Origin: Halogeometricum borinquense DSM 11551
GTDB lineage: Archaea > Halobacteriota > Halobacteria > Halobacteriales > Haloferacaceae
DNA length: 32,000 nt
Direction of reading: 5' to 3'
Assembly (NCBI RefSeq): GCF_000172995.2
Contig: NC_014729.1
Coordinates: 1,800,001 to 1,832,000, forward strand
Position 1 is the stretch's first letter; every line of letters starts with the position of its first letter. Both the position numbers and the translations under genes were made by a program. The notes under the pieces were generated by a model. That model made no database searches. It worked only from the letters and a program-made list of their open reading frames with translations, and had not been told where the DNA came from. Positions 1 to 7,559 of this stretch are shown piece by piece.

Positions 1-1536
1 GCGCTCGGGACCCGAGACGTTCACGAGGTGTACGACGACTTGTTGACGCTGGCCAGCGAGTACGCCGTCACTGACCACGCTTCCGACCGAATTCGCGTTC
101 TTACGCCGTTAGAACACGTCGAAGCGCGAGAAGAGCGACTGGACGACGTGCTCGACGCGCGCGAGGCGTGGTCGTCACTCGACGAAGACGCGAAGACAGC
201 CGTCCTCGACGCCTTCGACCGCTACGACGAGGCGGGCGGAACAGACCGTGCGGCCGTCGAAGCCGCCCTCTCGCTCCGTGAGGCGGGGCTTCGCGGGACG
301 ACGTTCGACGCCCTCGACGGCGTGGACGACGACGCACTCCGCGATGCCGCGGGTGCCCTCGGCTACGTCGAAAGCGATGGCTCTGTCGCGGCGGGCGCAG
401 ACGACGAACTCGACCGCCTTCGTGACAAACTCGATGCCGTCCGCGAACTGGAGAACGGCGCGCTGGACGTCCTCGAATCCGTTCGGTCGCGTGGCGTCCG
501 CAGTCTCGATGAGTTCCAGTCGGCCTTCGTCGAGTACGTCGCCGAGGAGTCCGGTCTCCGACGGGGACGGATCGAAGCAGCGACGACAGGCGACGCCTAC
601 GACGAGGCGGACTTCGCTTCGACGACGCTCAGAACGCTGGTCGAAGAACTCGAAGCCGACGTGGATGCGCGAGAAGAGAGCGTCGCAGCGGATTTACGGG
701 CAGACGTAGAAGCCGCCAGAGCGGACGTGGACGCCGCGGTCACCGCCGTCTCCGACATCGCCTTCGAGCTGTCACTCGGTCGATTCGCCGCGGAGTACGA
801 CCTCACGCGTCCGACGCTCGTTTCCGACGGCGTAGCCGTTGTCGGGGCACGGAATCTCACGCTCTCGGGCGACGTTGATCCAGTCTCGTACGCCGTCGGT
901 GCGCACGAACTCGACAGTGGGACGCTCACTCCTCCCTCCGGCGACCGCGTCGCCGTCCTGACCGGTGCGAACTCCGGCGGGAAGACGACGCTTCTGGAGA
1001 CGCTCTGTCAAGTGGTGTTGCTCGCGTCCATGGGTCTGCCCGTCCCCGCCGAGTCGGCAGAGGTCGGCGACTTCGACACGATTGTCTTCCATCGACGCCA
1101 CGCGAGTTTCAACGCTGGCGTCCTCGAATCGACGTTGAAATCTATTGTCCCGCCGCTTGCCTCCGGCGGCCGAACGCTGATGCTCGTCGATGAGTTCGAA
1201 GCCATTACCGAACCCGGCCGGGCGGCGGACCTGTTGAACGGGCTCGTCTCGCTGACGGTGCGGCAGGACGCACTCGGCGTGTACGTGACCCACCTCGCGG
1301 ACGAACTGAGTCCGCTCCCAGACGAGGCGCGCATCGACGGCATCTTCGCGGAGGGCTTGACAGAAGAGTTGGCGCTTCGCGTGGATTATCAACCGCGCTT
1401 TGGTACTGTTGGCAAGTCCACACCGGAGTTCATCGTCTCCCGTCTCGTCGCCAACGCACGCGACCGCGCCGAACGACAGGGATTCGAGGCGCTTGCGGCC
1501 GCAGTCGGCGAAGAGGCGATCCAGCAGACGTTATAA
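1..1536 (+). CDS. MutS-family (domain V) ABC ATPase, archaeal MutS-like protein; 5' end outside window
   Basis: Frame 1 is open from nt 1, so the track start at 28 is only the first GTG. Walker A LTGANSGGKTTLLETL, Walker B RTLMLVDEFE and downstream YVTHL match MutS ATPase cores. The N-terminal part is acidic and helical. Stop TAA at 1534-1536. Confidence 0.8.
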   Translation, partial: ALGTRDVHEVYDDLLTLASEYAVTDHASDRIRVLTPLEHVEAREERLDDVLDAREAWSSLDEDAKTAVLDAFDRYDEAGGTDRAAVEAALSLREAGLRGTTFDALDGVDDDALRDAAGALGYVESDGSVAAGADDELDRLRDKLDAVRELENGALDVLESVRSRGVRSLDEFQSAFVEYVAEESGLRRGRIEAATTGDAYDEADFASTTLRTLVEELEADVDAREESVAADLRADVEAARADVDAAVTAVSDIAFELSLGRFAAEYDLTRPTLVSDGVAVVGARNLTLSGDVDPVSYAVGAHELDSGTLTPPSGDRVAVLTGANSGGKTTLLETLCQVVLLASMGLPVPAESAEVGDFDTIVFHRRHASFNAGVLESTLKSIVPPLASGGRTLMLVDEFEAITEPGRAADLLNGLVSLTVRQDALGVYVTHLADELSPLPDEARIDGIFAEGLTEELALRVDYQPRFGTVGKSTPEFIVSRLVANARDRAERQGFEALAAAVGEEAIQQTL

Positions 1537-1551
1537 AGAACAAGGAGAATA

Positions 1552-1571
1552 CCCGCGCCTTTAGGCGCGGG
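1552..1571 (+). repeat. Sub-terminal left-end hairpin of the IS (CCCGCGCC-TTTA-GGCGCGGG)
   Basis: Perfect 8-bp GC stem with a 4-nt loop, read directly. It lies 15 nt after the MutS-like stop codon and is followed by GGGATGAATCC, which resembles GGGATTCCTCC at the right end. Confidence 0.55.
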
Positions 1572-1684
1572 ATGAATCCGACATTCTGACCGGAAATACA
1601 CCGACGACATTCCAGCCGGATATTCCATGCCCGGTCGTTGGTTTTAATAATAACTCCCTCATAACGTGTTATAAGGCCAGTTCG

Positions 1685-2941
1685 ATGCTGGAGACGACCC
1701 GCACCTACGTCGCCCGAATCACGAACCACCAGCAGGTTCGTGACGATCTCGACCAGTGCGGGTTCTCAGCCTCGAAACTGTGGAACGTCGGACGCTACTA
1801 TATCCAAGGCCGATGGGATGAGGACGGTGAGATACCTGACGAAGCCGAACTGAAGTCGGAGTTGAAAGACCACGAACGCTACAGTGACCTGCATTCTCAG
1901 TCAAGTCAGCGAGTTCTCGAAGAACTTGCTGAGGCGTTCACTGGCTGGTACAACTCCGACGACGGCAACAACCCACCGGGCTACCGGAAATGTGGCGACG
2001 ACCACCCGCGCTCCACCGTCACGTGGAAGAAACGGGCCATCAAGCACGACGACAAGCACGGCCAGCTCCGTCTCTCGAAAGGCTTCAACCTGAAAGACGG
2101 ACGGTCTGACTTCATCCTCGCAGAGTACGAAACTCGACCCGACGTACAGGTGGAGAACATCCAACAAGTGCGTGGCGTCTGGAACGGCGACGAGTGGGTA
2201 CTTCACCTCGTCTGCAAGGTCGAGATTCCAGTCGAGACCGCGCCGGGCGACAACACGGCGGGGATCGACCTCGGTATCAGCAACTACCTCGCCATCGACT
2301 ACGAAGACGGGGCGAACGAACTGTATCCGGGGAACGTGCTGAAAGAGGACAAGCACTACTTCACCCGCGAGGAGTACCAGACCGAAGGCGAGAACAGCCC
2401 CTCAAAGCGTGCGCGGAAGGCTCGACAGAGACTCTCCCGACGCAAAGACCACTTCCTCCACACCCTCAGCAAACACATCGTTGAACGGTGTGTCGAAGAG
2501 GGTGTGGAGAAGATCGCAGTTGGCGACCTCAGTGACATACGCGAGGATGAGAACGGCGACTCGCGGAACTGGGGTGCGTCGGGAAACAAGAAACTCCACG
2601 GATGGGAGTTCGACCGCTTCACTCGCCTGCTCGAATACAAGGCCGAGGAACACGGCATCCTCGTTGACCGCGTAGACGAGGAGAACACGAGCAAGACGTG
2701 TTCGTGTTGCGGGAAGATCCGGGATAGTAACCGCATGGAGCGCGGGCTGTACGTCTGTTCGTCGTGTGAGACGACGATGAATGCGGACGTGAACGGTGCA
2801 GTGAACATCCGCAGAAGGATAACTCAGAGTCCCCCGACAGGGGATATGAGTAACGGCTGGTTGGCACAGCCCGGAGTCTTCCTGTTCGACCGCGAGAGCG
2901 GACGGTTCACACCGAGAGAACAAGGAGTCTGCAAACCGTAA
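1685..2941 (+). CDS. tnpB: TnpB (IS605 OrfB-family RNA-guided endonuclease-like protein), 418 aa
   Basis: RuvC-I TAGIDLGISNYLA (D195); RuvC-II region KIAVGDLSDIRE (G280-D281); zinc ribbon CSCCG...CSSCE; RuvC-III MNADVNGAVNIRRR (D368). Length and motif order are typical of TnpB. Confidence 0.92.
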   Translation: MLETTRTYVARITNHQQVRDDLDQCGFSASKLWNVGRYYIQGRWDEDGEIPDEAELKSELKDHERYSDLHSQSSQRVLEELAEAFTGWYNSDDGNNPPGYRKCGDDHPRSTVTWKKRAIKHDDKHGQLRLSKGFNLKDGRSDFILAEYETRPDVQVENIQQVRGVWNGDEWVLHLVCKVEIPVETAPGDNTAGIDLGISNYLAIDYEDGANELYPGNVLKEDKHYFTREEYQTEGENSPSKRARKARQRLSRRKDHFLHTLSKHIVERCVEEGVEKIAVGDLSDIREDENGDSRNWGASGNKKLHGWEFDRFTRLLEYKAEEHGILVDRVDEENTSKTCSCCGKIRDSNRMERGLYVCSSCETTMNADVNGAVNIRRRITQSPPTGDMSNGWLAQPGVFLFDRESGRFTPREQGVCKP

Positions 2942-3006
2942 TATCCCAACGCTCGGGATTCCTCCGGCTGAAGCCGGAGGAGGATGTCAACTGACGTGAC
3001 TGGCGA
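2790..3006 (+). ncRNA. Predicted omega-RNA (reRNA): scaffold about 2790-2990 overlapping the tnpB 3' end, plus a flank-derived guide about 2991-3006
   Basis: Position is analogous to known TnpB omega-RNAs. Hairpins are dense: 2830-2844 (TCCCC/GGGGA); 2855-2871 (GGCTG/CAGCC); outer stem 2881-2887 with 2918-2925 enclosing CCGC-GAGA-GCGG at 2890-2901; 2943-2959 (ATCCC/GGGAT); and 2961-2980 (CCTCCGGC/GCCGGAGG). There is no expression evidence. Confidence 0.45.
2943..2980 (+). repeat. Right-end hairpins of the IS
   Basis: ATCCC-N7-GGGAT at 2943-2959 and an 8-bp GC stem with a TGAA loop at 2961-2980. TCAA lies 10 nt downstream. Confidence 0.55.
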
Positions 3007-3261
3007 CTAACGCATCTCCTTGAGACCGACGAACGCGTCGTGGTCGGCGGACAACCACGCCGACATCCGGTCAAGACAGTGGCTCCGGCGCGGATAGACC
3101 GTACACCGGTCGGGGCTGCCGTCGTACTGGACGACAACGCTGTGAAGTTCGTAGTCTCGGCCGTCGATTTCCCGAAACTGACTCGTTTCGGCGTCGGTCG
3201 TTGACCACGGTTCGGGTGAACCCTGTGGAGTGGCGGGTGAGTCGGACATGAGCGTCCTCAT
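3007..3261 (-). CDS. Small acidic conserved-looking haloarchaeal protein of unknown function (84 aa; alternative start at 3249)
   Basis: The ORF has high GC3 and an acidic composition. The C-terminal pattern WLSADHDAFVGLKEMR looks like a small haloarchaeal DUF family. I cannot name the family with confidence. Confidence 0.55.
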   Translation of the reverse strand: MRTLMSDSPATPQGSPEPWSTTDAETSQFREIDGRDYELHSVVVQYDGSPDRCTVYPRRSHCLDRMSAWLSADHDAFVGLKEMR

Positions 3262-3439
3262 CTCGAACTCCTCCCCTCCAACACATAACCTCTGCTAAGT
3301 CAACTCAATAGTCTCTGAGTTGTATAATTAGACCTCTATATCGGGTAGACAGATATGTCCCTGTCTGTGAACGGGCATCTCCGTTCGTCGGGCGAGCTTT
3401 GACCCGGACGTTTTTCGGCATCCATCGCCGAGAGGTGGT

Positions 3440-4813
3440 ATGTTCGAGAACCGCTCCGAACACCTTCCCGATAGACAACCGTTCAAGGGGTACGGAGCGG
3501 CCGTCGTTGCGGGACCTGATCGAACCCTCATCTTCGTCAGCGGATACGGCACCGAGAACCGCGTTTTCGCCCCCAAAGACGGCGGTGGTGTCTCCGACGT
3601 GACGCCGGACGCGCTCGCGGACCGGACCGGGCACGCGCTGGGGGTCGTCGCCGCCGATATTGACGCCGACGGTGTCGAGGAAGTGTACGTCCACAACACC
3701 GACACCTACGGTGGTATCGCCTCGGAGCGAGACCGACTGTTCGACCCGACACCGAACGGATGGCGCGACATCTTTGCACTTCCCGTCAACGACGGGCGCG
3801 ATAACGTCCGCGCGGGGCGGTCTGTCGCCGCCGTTGACCGTCTCGGAACGGGCCGATACGGCTTGCTTTTGGCTTGCTACGGTGCACCCATGCGGTTCTA
3901 CGAACTCGGGGACAACGGCGAGGTAACTGACATGGCCGCAGAGATTGGCATCGACTTTCTCACCGGTGCCCGTTCGCTCGTTCCCGGTCCGATCGTTACG
4001 GAGCGAACGGACGTGTTCGTCGGCAACGAGCGCGGACCGAACTATCTCCTGCGTAACGAACGCGGGCACTTCTCCGATGTCGCCCCCAATTTCGGTCTCG
4101 AAGCGCCGGGCGAACACGCCCGCGGCGTCGCCCTCGTAGACCCCGACGGCGACGGCCAGTTCGACCTCGTCATCGGAAACTGGGAGGGACCGAACCACAT
4201 CCTCGAACGCCGGGGCAGTGAGTTCGTGGACGTTGCGCCCGATGAGTGGATGGCCCCGTCACGCACCCGGACAGTTCTCGCTGCCGATTTCGATAACGAC
4301 GGGTCCTGTGAGGTGTTTTCCAACGTGATGGGTGCTCCGAACCGACTGCTCCGCCGCCGAGAGGGTGCGTGGGTCGCCTGCGACCCCGGTGCGGCGACCG
4401 AACCGCGCGGTCTCGGAACTGGCGCAACCGTCTGTGATATGGACGGCGATGGGACGTTGGAACTGCTCGTCGTCCACGGCGAACTCGACTCACAACCGCT
4501 GTCACTGTACGCTGTCCGGAACGAGAACGCGTGGCTCCGGATTCGTCCGCTGACCGAACACCGCGCGCCCGCCCGTAACGCCGTCGTGACACTCCGAACC
4601 GACCGTGACACGCAGACGCGTCTGATCTGCGGCGGGTCGGGCTATCTCTGCCAGACCGAACCAGTCGCACACTTCGGTCTCGGCGGCGACACTGCGCCGT
4701 TTTCGACGCCCCGAACGGTCACGGTTCGCTGGCCCGACGGGCGTGCGCGAACTGTTGAGGCACCCGAACCGGAGTCGGAACTCACGATCACGCATCCAGC
4801 GAACCGAAACTGA
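3440..4813 (+). CDS. FG-GAP/VCBS-repeat protein with C-terminal ASPIC/UnbV-like domain (CRTAC1-family-like)
   Basis: Repeated Ca-binding-type DxDxDG motifs: DIDADGVEEVYV, DPDGDGQFDLVIGNW, DFDNDGSCEVF, DMDGDGTLELLVVHG. The C-terminal segment RIRPL...VVTLRTD...GGSGYLCQTEPVAHFGLG is typical of ASPIC/UnbV. Confidence 0.85.
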   Translation: MFENRSEHLPDRQPFKGYGAAVVAGPDRTLIFVSGYGTENRVFAPKDGGGVSDVTPDALADRTGHALGVVAADIDADGVEEVYVHNTDTYGGIASERDRLFDPTPNGWRDIFALPVNDGRDNVRAGRSVAAVDRLGTGRYGLLLACYGAPMRFYELGDNGEVTDMAAEIGIDFLTGARSLVPGPIVTERTDVFVGNERGPNYLLRNERGHFSDVAPNFGLEAPGEHARGVALVDPDGDGQFDLVIGNWEGPNHILERRGSEFVDVAPDEWMAPSRTRTVLAADFDNDGSCEVFSNVMGAPNRLLRRREGAWVACDPGAATEPRGLGTGATVCDMDGDGTLELLVVHGELDSQPLSLYAVRNENAWLRIRPLTEHRAPARNAVVTLRTDRDTQTRLICGGSGYLCQTEPVAHFGLGGDTAPFSTPRTVTVRWPDGRARTVEAPEPESELTITHPANRN

Positions 4814-4929
4814 CCGCTGGGCGGCCGATGAGTCGGAGTTGACGCCCGCCCCAACGACTACGACGCGCGAGGCAAGTTCCGCCACCTGAGTCGGAGTGAA
4901 GTGCGTTCGGCTGTTTTCATCGTGGAGAG

Positions 4930-5112
4930 ATGGTAGACCCGACCTCTAACCTCGGGGAGGATATCGACGAATCCGACGCCCCGTCGTGTTCGAACTGCGA
5001 TGAACCGATTATCCAATCCGCGACGCACCGCGTCGTCACGTGGGTCGAAGACGAACAGGTCAAATATCGGCACTTCTGTTCGGACGACTGCCGCGACGAG
5101 TACGGTGAGTAA
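4930..5112 (+). CDS. Small acidic zinc-ribbon-like protein (60 aa)
   Basis: CSNCDEP...HFCSDDCRDEY cysteine pattern and acidic composition. The competing antisense ORF 4858-5073 is Arg-rich and has no motifs. Confidence 0.55.
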   Translation: MVDPTSNLGEDIDESDAPSCSNCDEPIIQSATHRVVTWVEDEQVKYRHFCSDDCRDEYGE

Positions 5113-5129
5113 TTACCCGTGGGAGGATG

Positions 5130-7535
5130 TCAGTCCACGGACGACCAGAACCGATCCACGCCGAACCGGAGCATGTCCGAACTGACCGGCGAGAACTCTT
5201 CTCGCTCGCTCTCGGGGAGGTACTCGCGGACGCTGTTCCACGAGTCTCGTGCGTAGCGTGCATCGACCAACGCACGGATGCCGACTTCCTCACTACCGCG
5301 GATGACGCGCCCGATCGTTTGTCGGGCTTTCCTGACGGCCGGGACGGTGAGAGCAGCCTCAAATCCATCGCGTGACGCTGACGCGCCCCGCGGGCTCCCG
5401 CTCGAATCGCTCGCAGGAACGTTCCCGAACTCCCGGTCGTACGCTGTTTTCACGGCCCGCGTTCGCGGACTCGACGTGTTGATGATGGGGACGCCGCAGA
5501 CGACGGCGGCCGAGAGCCTGTCGCCGCGATAATCTACGCCTTCGGTGAGCGTTCCGCGCAGACTCGTCACAAGCACTTTCTCCTCGCCGCCGAAGAAGTC
5601 GGCTTTCAGGCGTTCTGTCGCGCCGTCGTCGGAAGATTCGTCTAAGAGCACAGTCTTTGACAGTCGAGTGTCGAGTTCCCCCGCCATCCACTCGGCCTCG
5701 GCGTAACTCGGCATCCCGACGAGAACGTTGCCCGGCGACCGGGAGATCTCGGCGCAGGCGTCCACGTACGCCCGTCGCGTCTCGTTGTCTTCGCCCGGTG
5801 CCCCGCGATTTTCGTAGGTGAATTTGGGAACGTCTACGGCGAACGACGCGCGATTCTCCTCGGGGAATCCGAGTCCGTACGTCCGTTCGACCACGGGCCG
5901 TCCGTCGGCTTCGAGCGCATTCAGGCCCGATACCTCGCGGAATACGTCGAGTGGCTCCAACGTCGCGGACATGAGAACGCCCCCGCCGAACTCGCCCAGT
6001 TGCTCGGCGATGGCGTCGCCGGGGAGACAGTTGTGAAGTGCGAGATGCGCGTTGTACGCTCGTCGCCACGAGTTCTCTCGCGCCGTCTCGTCCCACGTCC
6101 GGTCGAGTTCGATTTCGCGGAAGAACGACGTATGATCTGTGCGCGCCCAGTTTGCAAGCATCCGCCCGACGGCGGGCGCGGCGCGGCGTTTGTCCTCGTC
6201 TTCGGCACTGTTCAGAATACGGGCGGCGACGGCACCGACCGTTTCGGCGCGCACCCATGCCCCCTCGTCGTATCCTTCCGATTCCGCCCACTCTGTCAAC
6301 TCGTCCGTGGCGGGCTCTTCGGGGTCGCGGAGCGGTATCTCGTCGTCCTCCAGTCGCGTCAGATCGGCACGCCAGTCCGGCATCGTCCGGTCTAAGTACG
6401 CCGTCACTCGCCGGTCGAGTTCCTCGCGCACGTCCCGAACGAAGTCGCGTGTCTCCTTCAGTTCTCGAAGCATCACGTCGGCGTCTTCGAGTTCGCCGCG
6501 GACGAGTTCGGCGTCCTCGGTCCCCTTCCCGCTGTCGTCGAACTCGACGGGCTGGATGACGCGCGTGAGTTCGTTCTCCGCGTCGCGCAGGGTGGCGTCG
6601 CCGACGCCGTCACTGACGAGTTCGCGGACGCGCGGTTCGAGCATGTGCGCCTCGTCGCAGACGACGAATGTGGAGTCGTCTGCGAGTGCGCCCGTGAACG
6701 ATCCGACGGTAGTTGGGTCGAACGCGTGGTAGTAGTTGCCGACGACGACTTCGACGTGCGGCAGCACGGCACCCATCACGGAGTGCGGACAGGTGCCGTA
6801 GCCCGCCGACAGGCGAACAAGCTCCTCGGTATCGACGAGACCCAACTCGGTCACGTCGAACGGAACGGCTTCTATCGGGTCGCCATCCTCGGGTAAGTCG
6901 TCCAGAAACGTCGCGTAGAACGGACAGTACTCGGTGTCCTCGTACTCGGTCGTTTCGGGGAGGTACGGCGTCGGCTCGCCCGCTGTCTCAAGATAGGTCG
7001 GCCCGCCGCCAGACGAACCGGTGTCGAGGAGGCCGGTCTGTGCGGCGCGCGCCTCTTTCACAAGCTTGCCTGTTGAGGTGAGGCCGCCATCACCGACGAG
7101 ATTTCGCGTCCGTTCTCGCAAACCCTCACAGCGGTCGTAGACGGTGGTGTCGTCGATTCCGGCGACGTTCTCTCGACTGTACGGACACACATCGGACTTT
7201 CCGACTAACGTCAATCCAGAGACTGGGTTCCAATCCTCGGGCAGATTCTCGTTGATCGTTCGCAGATCCTTCTCGAACTGCCTGAGTTGTTGCTTGACGC
7301 TCGTCAGGACGAACACTCGCTCGTAGTCGGAGTCCGGGTCGCGGACCCTGTCGATTCCGGCCGTGAGCGCGAGCATCGTCTTTCCAGTCCCGCACGCTCC
7401 CTCCACGACGAGGAAGCCGTCGTCCTCGGCGGCGTCAATCGCCGCTTCGATGCCGTCGGCTTGTTCGGGGTAGGGTTCGGGGTGGCCGAACACGGCCTGC
7501 CAGTTCACGGATTTCACTCCCGCCGCGGTAGTCAT
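5130..7535 (-). CDS. rad3: XPD/Rad3-family (DinG-like) 5'-3' DNA helicase with 4Fe-4S domain
   Basis: Walker A EGACGTGKTMLAL; DEAH box VVCDEAHM; four Fe-S cysteines (VCPYS, RCEGL, YCPFY, TCPHS); motif VI QTIGRVIRG. Confidence 0.9.
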   Translation of the reverse strand: MTTAAGVKSVNWQAVFGHPEPYPEQADGIEAAIDAAEDDGFLVVEGACGTGKTMLALTAGIDRVRDPDSDYERVFVLTSVKQQLRQFEKDLRTINENLPEDWNPVSGLTLVGKSDVCPYSRENVAGIDDTTVYDRCEGLRERTRNLVGDGGLTSTGKLVKEARAAQTGLLDTGSSGGGPTYLETAGEPTPYLPETTEYEDTEYCPFYATFLDDLPEDGDPIEAVPFDVTELGLVDTEELVRLSAGYGTCPHSVMGAVLPHVEVVVGNYYHAFDPTTVGSFTGALADDSTFVVCDEAHMLEPRVRELVSDGVGDATLRDAENELTRVIQPVEFDDSGKGTEDAELVRGELEDADVMLRELKETRDFVRDVREELDRRVTAYLDRTMPDWRADLTRLEDDEIPLRDPEEPATDELTEWAESEGYDEGAWVRAETVGAVAARILNSAEDEDKRRAAPAVGRMLANWARTDHTSFFREIELDRTWDETARENSWRRAYNAHLALHNCLPGDAIAEQLGEFGGGVLMSATLEPLDVFREVSGLNALEADGRPVVERTYGLGFPEENRASFAVDVPKFTYENRGAPGEDNETRRAYVDACAEISRSPGNVLVGMPSYAEAEWMAGELDTRLSKTVLLDESSDDGATERLKADFFGGEEKVLVTSLRGTLTEGVDYRGDRLSAAVVCGVPIINTSSPRTRAVKTAYDREFGNVPASDSSGSPRGASASRDGFEAALTVPAVRKARQTIGRVIRGSEEVGIRALVDARYARDSWNSVREYLPESEREEFSPVSSDMLRFGVDRFWSSVD

Positions 7536-7559
7536 AGGGATGTCGGTGATGGCCGCGCT

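Larger units (their letters stand above)
1537..2990 (+). mobile_element. IS200/IS605-family element, tnpB-only (IS1341-like); ends approximate (+/-20 nt)
   Basis: AT-rich left end with a GC hairpin at 1552-1571, a full-length tnpB at 1685-2941, and right-end hairpins at 2943-2980 followed by TCAA at 2987-2990. No tnpA (Y1 transposase) is present. The element fills the gap between two convergent stop codons. Confidence 0.7.

Noticed and set aside
3305-4198. 297-aa minus-strand ORF opposite the FG-GAP protein gene
   Set aside because: The plus strand carries repeated DxDxDG FG-GAP motifs. The minus ORF has no motifs and starts inside the neighbouring promoter region.
4858-5073. 71-aa minus-strand ORF competing with the small zinc-ribbon gene
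   Set aside because: It is basic and motif-free, whereas the plus-strand product is acidic with a Cys4-type pattern.
5359-7395. Several Arg-rich ORFs in alternate frames or antisense within the XPD/Rad3 gene (for example 5359-6291 and 6139-6732)
   Set aside because: The helicase frame contains Walker A, DEAH, the Fe-S cysteines and motif VI. The others are frame shadows.
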